64,000 nucleotides of DNA. Source: Candidatus Omnitrophota bacterium. Lineage in GTDB: Bacteria; Omnitrophota; Gorgyraeia; VGKH01. A program made the translations under genes and the position numbers. The notes below the pieces were generated by a model. That model saw only the letters and a program-made list of their open reading frames with translations, had not been told where the DNA came from and did not search any database. Below, piece after piece: positions 1-10,394 of this stretch. The stretch lies in the NCBI GenBank assembly GCA_022703055.1, contig JAKLEP010000002.1:96480-160479 (forward strand), written 5' to 3'. Numbering within the stretch: position 1 is the stretch's first letter; each line of letters opens with the position of its first letter.

Positions 1-33
1 TCTAACCTTGCAATCTTTAAAAATCCCTTAATG

Positions 34-3000
34 TCAGCCATCTAAAGCCTCCGATAATCCCAGCTTCTTCTCTACGACTGCACCCTCCAAAATCCGCTTA
101 TACTCGATAGGAATTACTCTTACAAAATTCTTAATCTCATCCTGCATATTCCTCAAAATCTTTTCGGCTTTCTTACTTTTTGTGTATTTGAAGTGATTGT
201 GGATTAAATTATACAAAATATCCCTATCTTCCTCTTTAACAGCTTCCAATACAATCATATCAATATTACAGCGATCCTTGAGCGTTTTATTCTCATCGTA
301 TACATAGGCTATACCACCGGACATGCCGGCTCCGAAGTTTCTTCCGGTTTTGCCTAAAACTACTACGCGTCCGCCAGTCATATATTCGCATCCATGATCG
401 CCTACTCCCTCTACTACTGCATAAAGTCCGGAATTTCTGATACAAAACCTCTCACCGGCAACGCCTCCGATATAAGCTTCTCCAGTGATGGCGCCGTAAA
501 ATGTAGTATTGCCGATAATAATATTTTCATCTGATTTATAAGAAGCTTCTTTATCAGGGTAAATAATAACCCTCCCTCCGGAAATACCTTTTCCTACATA
601 ATCATTAGCCATACCCTCTAGCTCAAAAGTTATGCCTTTAGCAAGAAACGCTGCAAAGCTTTGCCCGGCGATTCCTTTAAACTTACAGTAAATGGTGTCC
701 TCCAAAAGCACATTGTCGCCGCAACGTCTGCAGACTTCTCCGCTTAACATAGCACCGACAGTTCTGTTGGTATTGTTAATTTCAAGCGATAGCTTAACAG
801 ATTGGTTCTTTAAGAAAGTCGGCTCACAAAGTTTTATTAGTCTTTTATCAAGGATGCTACTTATTTCGGCTTTGCTCTCTGATAAATAGCGCCTGCCAAA
901 TTCTTTTGGAAGCTCGGGCTTATAGAGAATTCTCGCATAATCTATATGTCTAGCTTTTTCAGGAATGATATCTGGATTCAATTCGAGCAAGTCGGTTCTT
1001 CCCACCATTTCATCTATGGTTCTCAAGCCAAGCTTTGCCATAATTTCGCGTAGTTCTTCAGCGACAAAGCTAAAATAATTTACTATATATTCTGGTTTTC
1101 CCTTAAAACGCTTTTGCAAGACATCGTCCTGAGTGGCAACTCCCACCGAACAATTATTAAGATGACAGTGTCTTAACATGACGCAGCCGACCGTAATCAA
1201 AACCGCTGTACAAAATCCGAATTCTTCAGCGCCTAATAATGCCGCGATTGCCACATCTCTACCGGTCCGTAATTGGCCGTCGGTCTGCAATCTAACTCTC
1301 GAACGTAGATTATTCAAAAGTAGCGTCTGATGCGTCTCTGAAAGCCCTAGTTCCCAAGGAAGGCCGGCATGCATTATAGAGCTGCGCGGTGATGCGCCTG
1401 TTCCTCCGTCTCCACCTGAAATAAGAATCATATCGGCATGGCCTTTAGCCACCCCCGCCGCCACAGTACCAACTCCAACTTCAGAAACCAACTTAACACT
1501 GATTCGCGCCTCGGGATTCGCATTCTTTAAATCGAATATTAACTGGGCCAAATCTTCAATCGAATAAATATCATGATGCGGCGGAGGAGAAATCAATGTT
1601 ACTCCCGGAGTAGTGTATCTGGTTCTGGCGATTATCTCGCTTACTTTGTGTCCGGGAAGCTGTCCGCCCTCGCCAGGCTTTGCTCCCTGCGCAATTTTAA
1701 TTTGAATTTCGTCTGCATTCACTAAATAGTTTATGGTTACTCCGAATCGACCTGATGCCACCTGTTTTATGGCGCTTCTTTTGGAATCGCCGTTAGGCAG
1801 ACTAACAAATCTGTTGGGATCTTCTCCGCCCTCGCCAGTATTAGATTTCGCCCCTATTCTATTCATGGCGATTGCAATAGTTTCATGAGCACCCCTGCTT
1901 ATTGAGCCAAAGCTCATGGCACCAGTCGCAAATCTCTTCATAATATTTTCTGCCGATTCAACTTCACTAATCGGTATGGCTTCAGTCTTCTTAAATTTAA
2001 ATAAGCTCCTCAAAGTCGTAGGATTGCAGGATTGGTCATTTATCAGCCGAGCAAATTCTTTATACCTATCGTAGTTATTAAATTGTGTGGCATCTTGAAG
2101 CGCAGCTATACTATTTGGATTCCATAGATGAAATTCGCCATCTTTTTTCCATTGATAGACACCACCGCTTGCCAAATAAGGCAACTCTACAGCCGACTCC
2201 GGATAGGCCTGCTTGTGCCTGAATACAGTCTCGCTAAATATTTCATCAAGTCCTAAACCTTCAATTCTTGAAACCGTCCCTGTAAAATACTTATATACTA
2301 GCTCATTATTTAAACCTAACGCTTCAAATATCTGAGCGCCTCGGTAACTTCTAAGCGTAGATATTCCCATCTTTGATAATATTTTCAATATTCCATCAGT
2401 TAATGCCTTACGATAATTACTCAAAGCCTTTTTGCTATCCAAGGCTATCTCTTTTTCTTGAGCCAGATAATTTAAAGATTCGTAGGCAAGATACGGATTG
2501 ACGCAATCTGCTCCGTATCCGAATAGTAAAGCTATATGGTGCACCTCGCGAGGTTCCGCGCTTTCAACAACAATGCCCACCTCTGAACGTATCGTCTTTT
2601 TTACAAGATGCTGGTGTATAGCGCTTATCGCCAAAAGTGCTGGTAGAGCCATATTATCCCCATCGATGCCTCTATCGCTTAAAATTATAAAAGAGTGACC
2701 GGTCTCTATGGCGTATTCTGCTTCATAGCATATTCTATCTAATGCTTGCACAAATGCATCCTCACCGCCAAGAGGATTGAAAAAAGTAAATATAGTCTTG
2801 GTTCTAAAACCATTAATACTGATATCTTTTATCTTTTCTAGTTCTTCGTTGGTAAGGATAGGATTTTTAACCTTAAGCTTATGGCAATGCCTGGGAGATT
2901 CCTCCAATATGTTTTTTTCCGGGCCGATAAAACTCTCCAAGCTCATAACCAATTTTTCTCTTATAGGGTCTATAGCGGGATTGGTGACTTGGGCAAATAA

Positions 3001-4566
3001 TTGTTTAAAATAATTATAAAGAAGCTGTGGCTTATGAGAGAAAATCGCGTGCGGAGTATCATTACCCATCGAACCCACAGGTTCTTTTCCTTCTTCGGCC
3101 ATGGGTTTGATGATCATTTTAAGGTCTTCGCGCGTGTAACCAAATGCCTTTAGATAAGTCAATATTTCGCTAGGTTTGGCAGATGCCTGCTGTGTAGCAA
3201 TTATGCTGTCGAGCTCGATTGTATTCTGGCTATTCCATTGGCCGTAAGGAGATTTCTGGGCGATCTCTTTCTTTACATCTAAATCATCTACTATCTGTCC
3301 AAGCTTCGTGTCGATGAGAAATATCTTACCTGGCTCAAGTCTACCTGATATTTTAATATCTTTTGCTTCAATATCAATTACTCCCACTTCGGAAGCCATG
3401 ATTACAAAACCACTCTTAGTTATAATGTACCTGGCCGGACGAAGTCCATTTCTATCCAATACAGCGCCTATTTTTTCTCCATCTGTAAACGCGATGGCTG
3501 CCGGACCGTCCCACGGCTCCATAAAACAGGCGTGAAATTGATAGAAATCCTTAAGCTCTTGGTCCACGAATTTATCCTGCTCCCATGCCCCCGGAATTAG
3601 CATCATCATCACATGCGGTAAAGACCTTCCGGATAAGGTAAGCAGCTCAAACACATTATCAATTGTGGCGGAATCGCTGCCACCTTCGACAATTACAGGC
3701 TTTAACTTCTCGATATCATTGCCAAAAAGCTCACTCGACATCAATCTTTCTCTGGCACGTGTCCAGTTTATGTTGCCTCTTAATGTATTGATTTCGCCAT
3801 TATGCGCCAGAAACCTAAATGGCTGGGCCAAATCCCATGTCGGAAATGTATTGGTGCTATAACGAGAATGGACCAGGCAAATTGCACTTGCGATATCCTT
3901 ATCCTTAAGATCTAAGAAGAAATCCTTTAATTGAGATGGCATCAACAATCCCTTATAGCTTAATGTCCTGGAAGAAAGGTTGGTAATATAAAACGATCTC
4001 TTTTGCGTTAAATTAGATTCTTTCACCAGAGCCTCAACTTGTTTTCTGATAACATAAAGCTTTCTTTCAAAATTAAGCTGGTCTTTTATATCGCTATTTT
4101 TAGCGATAAATACCTGCCGCATTACCGGCATGGTATCTTTGGCAATCTTACCTATTGCAGAGCTATCTGTCGGGACATCGCGCCAGCCCAGAACCTGCTG
4201 CCCTTCATCCCTGACAACTTTACCAAGAATTTCAATACAAATCTTTTGATCATTCTTATCATTGGGCAGAAAAACTAAGCCCGTACCATAATGTCCTGGT
4301 TTGGGTAATTTAATATTTATCTTTTCGCAGGCTTTTAACAAAAACTCATGGGGAATCTGGATTAATATCCCGGCACCGTCTCCAGTGTTGGGATCGGCGC
4401 CAACCGCTCCACGATGGCTCAATCTCTCCAAAACCTTAATGCCGTTTCCCACGACTGAATATGATTTTTCTCCCCTAATATTGCATACGAATCCCACCCC
4501 ACAGCTATCATGTTCAAACCGAGGATCATACAAACCCTGTTTTTTGGGAAACCATGAATTATTCAT
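34..4566 (-). CDS. gltB: Glutamate synthase large subunit (GOGAT alpha chain)
   Basis: 1510-aa ORF. N-terminal amidotransferase Cys (HDSCGVGFV), central FMN/Fe-S region and C-terminal GXGXG beta-helix region (GGRVVVLGKTGRNFGAGMSGG) are typical of GltB. Confidence 0.97.
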   Translation of the reverse strand: MNNSWFPKKQGLYDPRFEHDSCGVGFVCNIRGEKSYSVVGNGIKVLERLSHRGAVGADPNTGDGAGILIQIPHEFLLKACEKINIKLPKPGHYGTGLVFLPNDKNDQKICIEILGKVVRDEGQQVLGWRDVPTDSSAIGKIAKDTMPVMRQVFIAKNSDIKDQLNFERKLYVIRKQVEALVKESNLTQKRSFYITNLSSRTLSYKGLLMPSQLKDFFLDLKDKDIASAICLVHSRYSTNTFPTWDLAQPFRFLAHNGEINTLRGNINWTRARERLMSSELFGNDIEKLKPVIVEGGSDSATIDNVFELLTLSGRSLPHVMMMLIPGAWEQDKFVDQELKDFYQFHACFMEPWDGPAAIAFTDGEKIGAVLDRNGLRPARYIITKSGFVIMASEVGVIDIEAKDIKISGRLEPGKIFLIDTKLGQIVDDLDVKKEIAQKSPYGQWNSQNTIELDSIIATQQASAKPSEILTYLKAFGYTREDLKMIIKPMAEEGKEPVGSMGNDTPHAIFSHKPQLLYNYFKQLFAQVTNPAIDPIREKLVMSLESFIGPEKNILEESPRHCHKLKVKNPILTNEELEKIKDISINGFRTKTIFTFFNPLGGEDAFVQALDRICYEAEYAIETGHSFIILSDRGIDGDNMALPALLAISAIHQHLVKKTIRSEVGIVVESAEPREVHHIALLFGYGADCVNPYLAYESLNYLAQEKEIALDSKKALSNYRKALTDGILKILSKMGISTLRSYRGAQIFEALGLNNELVYKYFTGTVSRIEGLGLDEIFSETVFRHKQAYPESAVELPYLASGGVYQWKKDGEFHLWNPNSIAALQDATQFNNYDRYKEFARLINDQSCNPTTLRSLFKFKKTEAIPISEVESAENIMKRFATGAMSFGSISRGAHETIAIAMNRIGAKSNTGEGGEDPNRFVSLPNGDSKRSAIKQVASGRFGVTINYLVNADEIQIKIAQGAKPGEGGQLPGHKVSEIIARTRYTTPGVTLISPPPHHDIYSIEDLAQLIFDLKNANPEARISVKLVSEVGVGTVAAGVAKGHADMILISGGDGGTGASPRSSIMHAGLPWELGLSETHQTLLLNNLRSRVRLQTDGQLRTGRDVAIAALLGAEEFGFCTAVLITVGCVMLRHCHLNNCSVGVATQDDVLQKRFKGKPEYIVNYFSFVAEELREIMAKLGLRTIDEMVGRTDLLELNPDIIPEKARHIDYARILYKPELPKEFGRRYLSESKAEISSILDKRLIKLCEPTFLKNQSVKLSLEINNTNRTVGAMLSGEVCRRCGDNVLLEDTIYCKFKGIAGQSFAAFLAKGITFELEGMANDYVGKGISGGRVIIYPDKEASYKSDENIIIGNTTFYGAITGEAYIGGVAGERFCIRNSGLYAVVEGVGDHGCEYMTGGRVVVLGKTGRNFGAGMSGGIAYVYDENKTLKDRCNIDMIVLEAVKEEDRDILYNLIHNHFKYTKSKKAEKILRNMQDEIKNFVRVIPIEYKRILEGAVVEKKLGLSEALDG

Positions 4567-4787
4567 CTTTTAAACCTTTGCACATCTATATTGAGTTTCT
4601 TTACCTTTGCATGTAAAGTATTGCGATTTAATCCGAGTATTTTTGCCGCCATTACCTGATTTCCGTAAGAACGCTCCAGCGCCTTCTCAATAAGTATCTT
4701 TTCAATATAGCTGATTACTTTTTCATAAACATAATCGCTGCCATCCAAAAGAAAACCTTCATCAATCTTTTCTAAAATATCTTTCAT
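4563..4787 (-). CDS. Small Fis-family (NtrC C-terminal-like, HTH_8) DNA-binding protein
   Basis: 74 aa. C-terminal motif SYGNQVMAAKILGLNRNTLHAKVKKL matches the Fis/NtrC HTH pattern. Its stop overlaps the gltB start by 4 nt. Confidence 0.7.
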   Translation of the reverse strand: MKDILEKIDEGFLLDGSDYVYEKVISYIEKILIEKALERSYGNQVMAAKILGLNRNTLHAKVKKLNIDVQRFKR

Positions 4788-4821
4788 AATCTAAAATTGC
4801 CTATTTTTTAAGCATCTGTTT

Positions 4822-4873
4822 ACAAAAAAATTTTGCCTGCCTGTCCCTTGATAGGCTTAAAGAGACAGGCAGG
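4822..4873 (-). terminator. Rho-independent terminator downstream of glnA
   Basis: Perfect 10-bp GC-rich stem, CCTGCCTGTC (4836-4845) with GACAGGCAGG (4864-4873). On the minus strand it is followed by CAAAAUUUUUUU (plus-strand A-run 4824-4830). Confidence 0.7.
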
Positions 4874-4890
4874 AATTTAACATTCTTTAC

Positions 4891-6222
4891 CTAAACCACC
4901 GGTAGGTATTGATCCAATTCATATTTTGTAACCTGGATACGATAATCATCCCATTCTTTTTTCTTTAATTCTATAAATCTGGGGAAAATATGTTCTCCGA
5001 GGACCTTCTTCACGAGCTCGCTCTCTTCTGTAATAGCTATGGCATGACCCAGGCTGTCAGGAAGGGTCTCAATTCCTTTTTGTTTACGTTCTGCATCAGT
5101 CAGATGATATAAATTTGTATCCATTGGTCTGGGAATCTTATAGCCTTTCTCTATTCCATCAAGCCCTGCATGAAGCATAGCGGCGAATGTTAAATAAGGA
5201 TTGCACGCTGGATCGCATGCCCTGAATTCGCATCTAGTTGCCTTTTCCTTACCAGGATAATAGAAGGGAACCCTGACCAAAGCACTTCTGTTCCTACGGC
5301 TCCATGCAATGTATACCGGTGCTTCGTAGCCCGGGACCAATCTTTTGTAGGAGTTGGTGGTCTGGGCAAATATAGAACAAATTTCCTTGGAATGTTTTAA
5401 CAATCCCGCTATAAACTTGTAAGCGGTATCTGATAGATGATCTTCGGACTTTGCATCAAAAAAAGCATTCTTGTCGCCCTTAAAAAGCGATTGGTGGGTA
5501 TGCATACCTGAACCATTGACACCAAAAATCGGCTTAGGCATAAACGTGGCATAAACCCCGAATTTACTGGCTATCTCTTTTACTACCACACGATAAGTGA
5601 TAACATTGTCTGCCATCTCTAGTGCATCTTTGTAACGCATGTCCACTTCATGCTGGGAAGGCGCAACTTCATGGTGGGAATATTCAACATTAATTCCCAT
5701 TTTCTCCAAGGCCAACACTGTTTCTCTCCTGAGGTCGCTAGCAACATCCAGTGTCGTCAAATCAAAATAACCTCCCCTATCTAATATCTCGGTACTGTCG
5801 TCACTCTTTAAATAGAAAAACTCAAGCTCCGGTCCAAGATAATAATGGTCAAATCCCATCTTTTTTGCCCGTTCAAGCGCGCGTTTTAATACATAGCGCG
5901 GGTCTCCCTCATAAGGAGTTTTGTCAGGATTTAAGACATCACATATCATCCTGGCGACTGCTTTTTCTTGAGGGCGCCAGGGAAGTATTTGGAAGGTATC
6001 CGGATCGGGCATCGCGATCATATCCGACTCTTCAATATCCTGATAACCGGTGATGGAAGAACCGTCAAATCCCATGCCGTTTTCCAATGCGCCTTCCAAT
6101 TCGCTGTCGGTTATAGCAAAACTCTTCACATGGCCCAAGACATCGGTAAACCAAAGCCTGATAAATTTTACATCATTTTCCTTAACCAGCTTTAATATCT
6201 CCTGCTTCGTTCTCTTTGCCAT
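4891..6222 (-). CDS. glnA: Glutamine synthetase, type I
   Basis: 443 aa. N-terminal beta-grasp region (VKFIRLWFTDVLG) and catalytic-domain motifs (NGSGMHTHQS, NPYL) are typical of GS-I. Confidence 0.97.
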   Translation of the reverse strand: MAKRTKQEILKLVKENDVKFIRLWFTDVLGHVKSFAITDSELEGALENGMGFDGSSITGYQDIEESDMIAMPDPDTFQILPWRPQEKAVARMICDVLNPDKTPYEGDPRYVLKRALERAKKMGFDHYYLGPELEFFYLKSDDSTEILDRGGYFDLTTLDVASDLRRETVLALEKMGINVEYSHHEVAPSQHEVDMRYKDALEMADNVITYRVVVKEIASKFGVYATFMPKPIFGVNGSGMHTHQSLFKGDKNAFFDAKSEDHLSDTAYKFIAGLLKHSKEICSIFAQTTNSYKRLVPGYEAPVYIAWSRRNRSALVRVPFYYPGKEKATRCEFRACDPACNPYLTFAAMLHAGLDGIEKGYKIPRPMDTNLYHLTDAERKQKGIETLPDSLGHAIAITEESELVKKVLGEHIFPRFIELKKKEWDDYRIQVTKYELDQYLPVV

Positions 6223-6253
6223 AAAAACCCCTCCTTTATATTGTCGTTATCTA

Positions 6254-6303
6254 TAAAAAAACGTTCTACAAGATTGCCTTTTTCTTATAGAACGCCTTCG
6301 TTC
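6254..6303 (-). promoter_or_regulatory. Terminator/antiterminator-like leader element immediately upstream of the glnA RBS
   Basis: Minus-strand RNA reads GAACG-AAGG-CGUUCUA-(19 nt)-UAGAACG-UUUUUUU. The CGUUC segment can pair with either the upstream GAACG or the downstream UAGAACG. The U-tract ends 31 nt before the glnA ATG, leaving no room for a promoter. Confidence 0.4.
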
Positions 6304-6527
6304 CGAGCTATTTCTGCACAAACTGTGTGATTTTCAGGACATACTTGCTTATCTACTATTATTAAGTAAAGAACTGCCCTTTTTGGTAACCTCTTTTTTT
6401 ATTTTTCTTCCGGTATTCCTTTTACGGATATTTTCAGAATAATGAGGCGGCTGGCTGCCCCAAACCTTGGCAATGGGGTCCAAAAAACTATTTAAGTCTC
6501 CTCCTCCGAAATCCATATAATTCTCCT

Positions 6528-6869
6528 TTAGCCGATTGCTGTTCCGCCGCGTTCTTCCGTACGTATACGGATGCATTCCTTAAGATCCAAGACAAAAATC
6601 TTCCCGTCGCCAGTATTACCGGTCTTTGCACCTTTGACAATCGCTTTTATCGTAGGTTCTACGAAGTCTTCATTAACGGCGATCTCCAGACGGATCTTTT
6701 TCAGGAGATTTCCCGTCTCCTTGGCTCCGCGATAAATTTCGGTAACTCCCTTCTGCCTTCCATGGCCAAGTACCTCGCTTACTGTAATAAGATTTACTTC
6801 TTCCTTATACAATTCTTCCTTTACCGCTTCCAGTTTATAAGGTTGAATTATGGCGATAATAAGCTTCAT
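6528..6869 (-). CDS. glnB: Nitrogen regulatory protein P-II (GlnB/GlnK family)
   Basis: 113 aa. [20 protein letters not shown] start and a T-loop ([14 protein letters not shown]). Starts 8 nt after the amtB stop. Confidence 0.95.
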   Translation of the reverse strand: MKLIIAIIQPYKLEAVKEELYKEEVNLITVSEVLGHGRQKGVTEIYRGAKETGNLLKKIRLEIAVNEDFVEPTIKAIVKGAKTGNTGDGKIFVLDLKECIRIRTEERGGTAIG

Positions 6870-6877
6870 CTATCCTC

Positions 6878-8107
6878 CTATTCCAGGACCGTATACGCAG
6901 TTTCGTGATGCTGAGTAAGATCCAGCCCCATGAATTCTTCTTGCTCGTTGACGCGGATACCCAAGACAAAATCGACCAGTTTATAAATAATTAAGGTGCC
7001 TATAAAAGTATATCCTAGCGTGACTAAAACCGCTGCCAGTTGAATGATCAACTGTTTAGGATTGCCAAAAAACAAACCATTAGCGCCGGCTGGATTCACG
7101 ATCTTGGAAGCAAATAGGCCTGTTGCCAACGCCCCCCAAATTCCTCCCACGCAATGCACCCCAAAAGCGTCTAATGCGTCATCGTAACCTAATTTCGGTT
7201 TGATTACAGTCACGGCAAAGAAACAGAACACACTCACCAATAGGCCAATTATCACAGCTGATAATACGTTGACATAGCCTGCTGCGGGAGTAATGGCAAC
7301 TAAACCTGCCACGGCTCCGGAAGCAGTCCCAAACATTGTAGGTTTACCATGCTTTAACCAATCCAATATCGCCCAGCTTAAACCCGCTGACGCAGCCGCA
7401 GTATTGGTCACTACAAATGCATTCACTGCCAAACCATTGGCAGCCAGGGCGCTGCCGGCATTAAAACCAAACCAACCAAACCATAATAAAGCAGTCCCCA
7501 AGACTACAAAAGCCATACTGTGCGGAACGGGAGCACCGTGATTAAATGTCCTTCTTTTACCAATTACGATAGCCGTAACTAAAGCGGCAAGACCAGCATT
7601 AATATGTACTACCGTGCCTCCGGCAAAATCAAGCGCTCCTAGATTCCTTAACCAACCGCCAATTCCCCACACCCAATGACATACCGGATCATAAACAAAT
7701 GTCGCCCATAAAAGCGTAAAAAGTAAAAACGCAGAAAATTTCATTCTTTCGGCGAAAGCACCGATAATCAAAGCAGGAGTGATGATCGCAAACATTGCCT
7801 GGAAAATCATAAACGCCTGATGGGGGATTGTCGCGGCATAATCTGCGTAAGGCTCAAGGCCGACGCCGTTTAAACCGAACCAGCCAAATCCTCCCCAGAA
7901 TCCTGTCCCCGGATGAAAGGCAAGGCTATAACCAATCAAAACCCACTGCACGCTCAAAGCGCAAAGAATAACAAAGCACTGCATCAAAACGCCTAAGATA
8001 TTCTTGCGCCTAACCATGCCTCCGTAGAAAAATGCCAAGCCTGGAGTCATCAACATTACCAAGGCTGACGAAATCAGAACCCATGCAGTATCACCTGTGT
8101 TTATCAT
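6878..8107 (-). CDS. amtB: Ammonium transporter (Amt family)
   Basis: Multi-TM protein with Amt signatures (DFAGGTVVHINAG, GVHCVGGIWGAL). I prefer the ATG at 8107, which is preceded by AAAGGAGG. The ORF-track start at 8164 is a GTG without an RBS and would translate through a palindromic hairpin. Confidence 0.94.
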   Translation of the reverse strand: MINTGDTAWVLISSALVMLMTPGLAFFYGGMVRRKNILGVLMQCFVILCALSVQWVLIGYSLAFHPGTGFWGGFGWFGLNGVGLEPYADYAATIPHQAFMIFQAMFAIITPALIIGAFAERMKFSAFLLFTLLWATFVYDPVCHWVWGIGGWLRNLGALDFAGGTVVHINAGLAALVTAIVIGKRRTFNHGAPVPHSMAFVVLGTALLWFGWFGFNAGSALAANGLAVNAFVVTNTAAASAGLSWAILDWLKHGKPTMFGTASGAVAGLVAITPAAGYVNVLSAVIIGLLVSVFCFFAVTVIKPKLGYDDALDAFGVHCVGGIWGALATGLFASKIVNPAGANGLFFGNPKQLIIQLAAVLVTLGYTFIGTLIIYKLVDFVLGIRVNEQEEFMGLDLTQHHETAYTVLE

Positions 8108-8123
8108 TTCTTTTGCCTCCTTT

Positions 8124-8155
8124 GAAAACACAAGGCGCCTTTTGGGCGCCTTTGT
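8124..8155 (-). promoter_or_regulatory. Terminator-like hairpin directly upstream of the amtB RBS
   Basis: Minus-strand RNA reads ACAAAGGCGCC-CAAAA-GGCGCCUUGU-GUUUUC, followed by AAAGGAGG and the ATG at 8107. A second hairpin, AGUGUAA/UUACACU, lies at about 8170-8190. Confidence 0.4.
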
Positions 8156-8206
8156 CTTTAACACTACTTAGTGTAAAGTCCTTACACTTATATAAGTAAA
8201 ACTGGA

Positions 8207-8719
8207 TTATTTTTGGTAACCCTTAAGCTTGAATTTATTCATAATTTTCTTCTTATACTTTACTACCATTACATGGGATATGCCGATTTCTGCGGCAATT
8301 TCTCTTACGGTATACCCCTTTATAAGAAAAGAAAATACCTCACTTTCCTTTTTTGTTAAACCTTTATTTCTAATATCGTCTATGGTGAGCTGGTTATCTA
8401 AATCAGATAAGAACATATCTTGTGGAGCCGGGATAATATCTTTTAATGTTACTCCCTCTTCAGATATTGGATCATCAATGCTGACAAATCTAAATTTCTT
8501 TCTCCCTTTCCTTAAATAATTTAGGATATGGAACTCGCATCCTTTAATCGCATAGGCCTCATTGATACCTATGGGTAGGCCTTCGCTATATTCCTGCCAC
8601 AGATACAGACACATCTCTTGATAAAGGTCATTTTCGTCGTAGAAACCCTTTAAAAGATGCTTGCGCGCGATATTCCTCAATGCCGGCGTGATTTTCTCCA
8701 ATAAAACCTTAAAATCCAT
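8207..8719 (-). CDS. Sigma-70 family (ECF-like) RNA polymerase sigma factor with LuxR-type region 4
   Basis: 170 aa. Region-2-like DLYQEMCLYLWQ and a C-terminal HTH (LTKKESEVFSFLIKGYTVREIAAEIGISHVMV). Confidence 0.7.
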   Translation of the reverse strand: MDFKVLLEKITPALRNIARKHLLKGFYDENDLYQEMCLYLWQEYSEGLPIGINEAYAIKGCEFHILNYLRKGRKKFRFVSIDDPISEEGVTLKDIIPAPQDMFLSDLDNQLTIDDIRNKGLTKKESEVFSFLIKGYTVREIAAEIGISHVMVVKYKKKIMNKFKLKGYQK

Positions 8720-8789
8720 TTCTTCGCACCCCTATAAAATAAAAAGCCCTTTTGAAATCGTTCTTCGATTCAAAAAGGGCTACATTGTC

Positions 8790-8826
8790 CTAAAAATAGA
8801 GAAGCCCCAAATTACTTTGGGGCTTC
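8790..8826 (-). terminator. Rho-independent terminator downstream of gdhA
   Basis: Stem GAAGCCCCAA/TTGGGGCTTC (8801-8826), followed on the minus strand by UCUAUUUUUA. A second long imperfect hairpin lies at 8745-8781. Confidence 0.65.
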
Positions 8827-8897
8827 TTTGCCTCAATTAAACTTCATTGTCAATTTAATTATAACACTAAAAATCGCTTTGTCAAGCTTGTGTATTA

Positions 8898-10253
<1,356 letters not shown>

Positions 10254-10265
10254 CTATCTGCCCTA

Positions 10266-10308
10266 CAAATAAAAAATGCGCCCACCCTCCTCATGAGAGA
10301 ACGGACGC
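10266..10308 (-). promoter_or_regulatory. Terminator-like hairpin in the gdhA leader
   Basis: Minus-strand RNA reads GCGUCC-(19-nt, internally paired)-GGGCGC-AUUUUUUAUUU. The G-U wobble forms only on the minus-strand transcript. It ends about 22 nt before the gdhA ATG. Confidence 0.4.
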
Positions 10309-10343
10309 CTTTGTCCTAGAATTTGATTGTCTTTTATATTGTA

Positions 10344-10371
10344 AATATACCAAAACAAGCTTCCCTGTCAA
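10344..10371 (-). promoter_or_regulatory. Putative sigma-70 promoter upstream of gdhA
   Basis: Minus strand reads TTGACA (10366-10371), N16, TATATT (10344-10349). Confidence 0.4.
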
Positions 10372-10394
10372 CAAAATTTTAAATAACTTTTGTC

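Noticed and set aside
692-4573. Multiple 60-90-aa plus-strand ORFs antisense to gltB, and similar antisense ORFs within glnA, amtB, gdhA, the 1256-aa protein, macB, primase and other genes
   Set aside because: All are nested in long, motif-supported genes on the opposite strand, and none has recognisable motifs or an RBS.
6223-6527. Glutamine riboswitch (glnA RNA motif) or ANTAR dual-hexaloop target in the nitrogen-gene leaders
   Set aside because: I could not match the sequences to the consensus I remember. The hairpin loops are 4, 5 and 19 nt rather than paired hexaloops. The leaders are reported only as generic terminator/antiterminator-like structures.
6349-6576. 75-aa ORF in the glnB-glnA spacer
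   Set aside because: It overlaps the 3' end of glnB, has no RBS and has a low-complexity basic composition. The region is better explained as the glnA leader.
8108-8164. Longer amtB start at 8164 (428 aa)
   Set aside because: It is a GTG start without a Shine-Dalgarno sequence. The extra 19 residues translate a GGCGCC palindromic hairpin, and the ATG at 8107 has a strong AAAGGAGG RBS.
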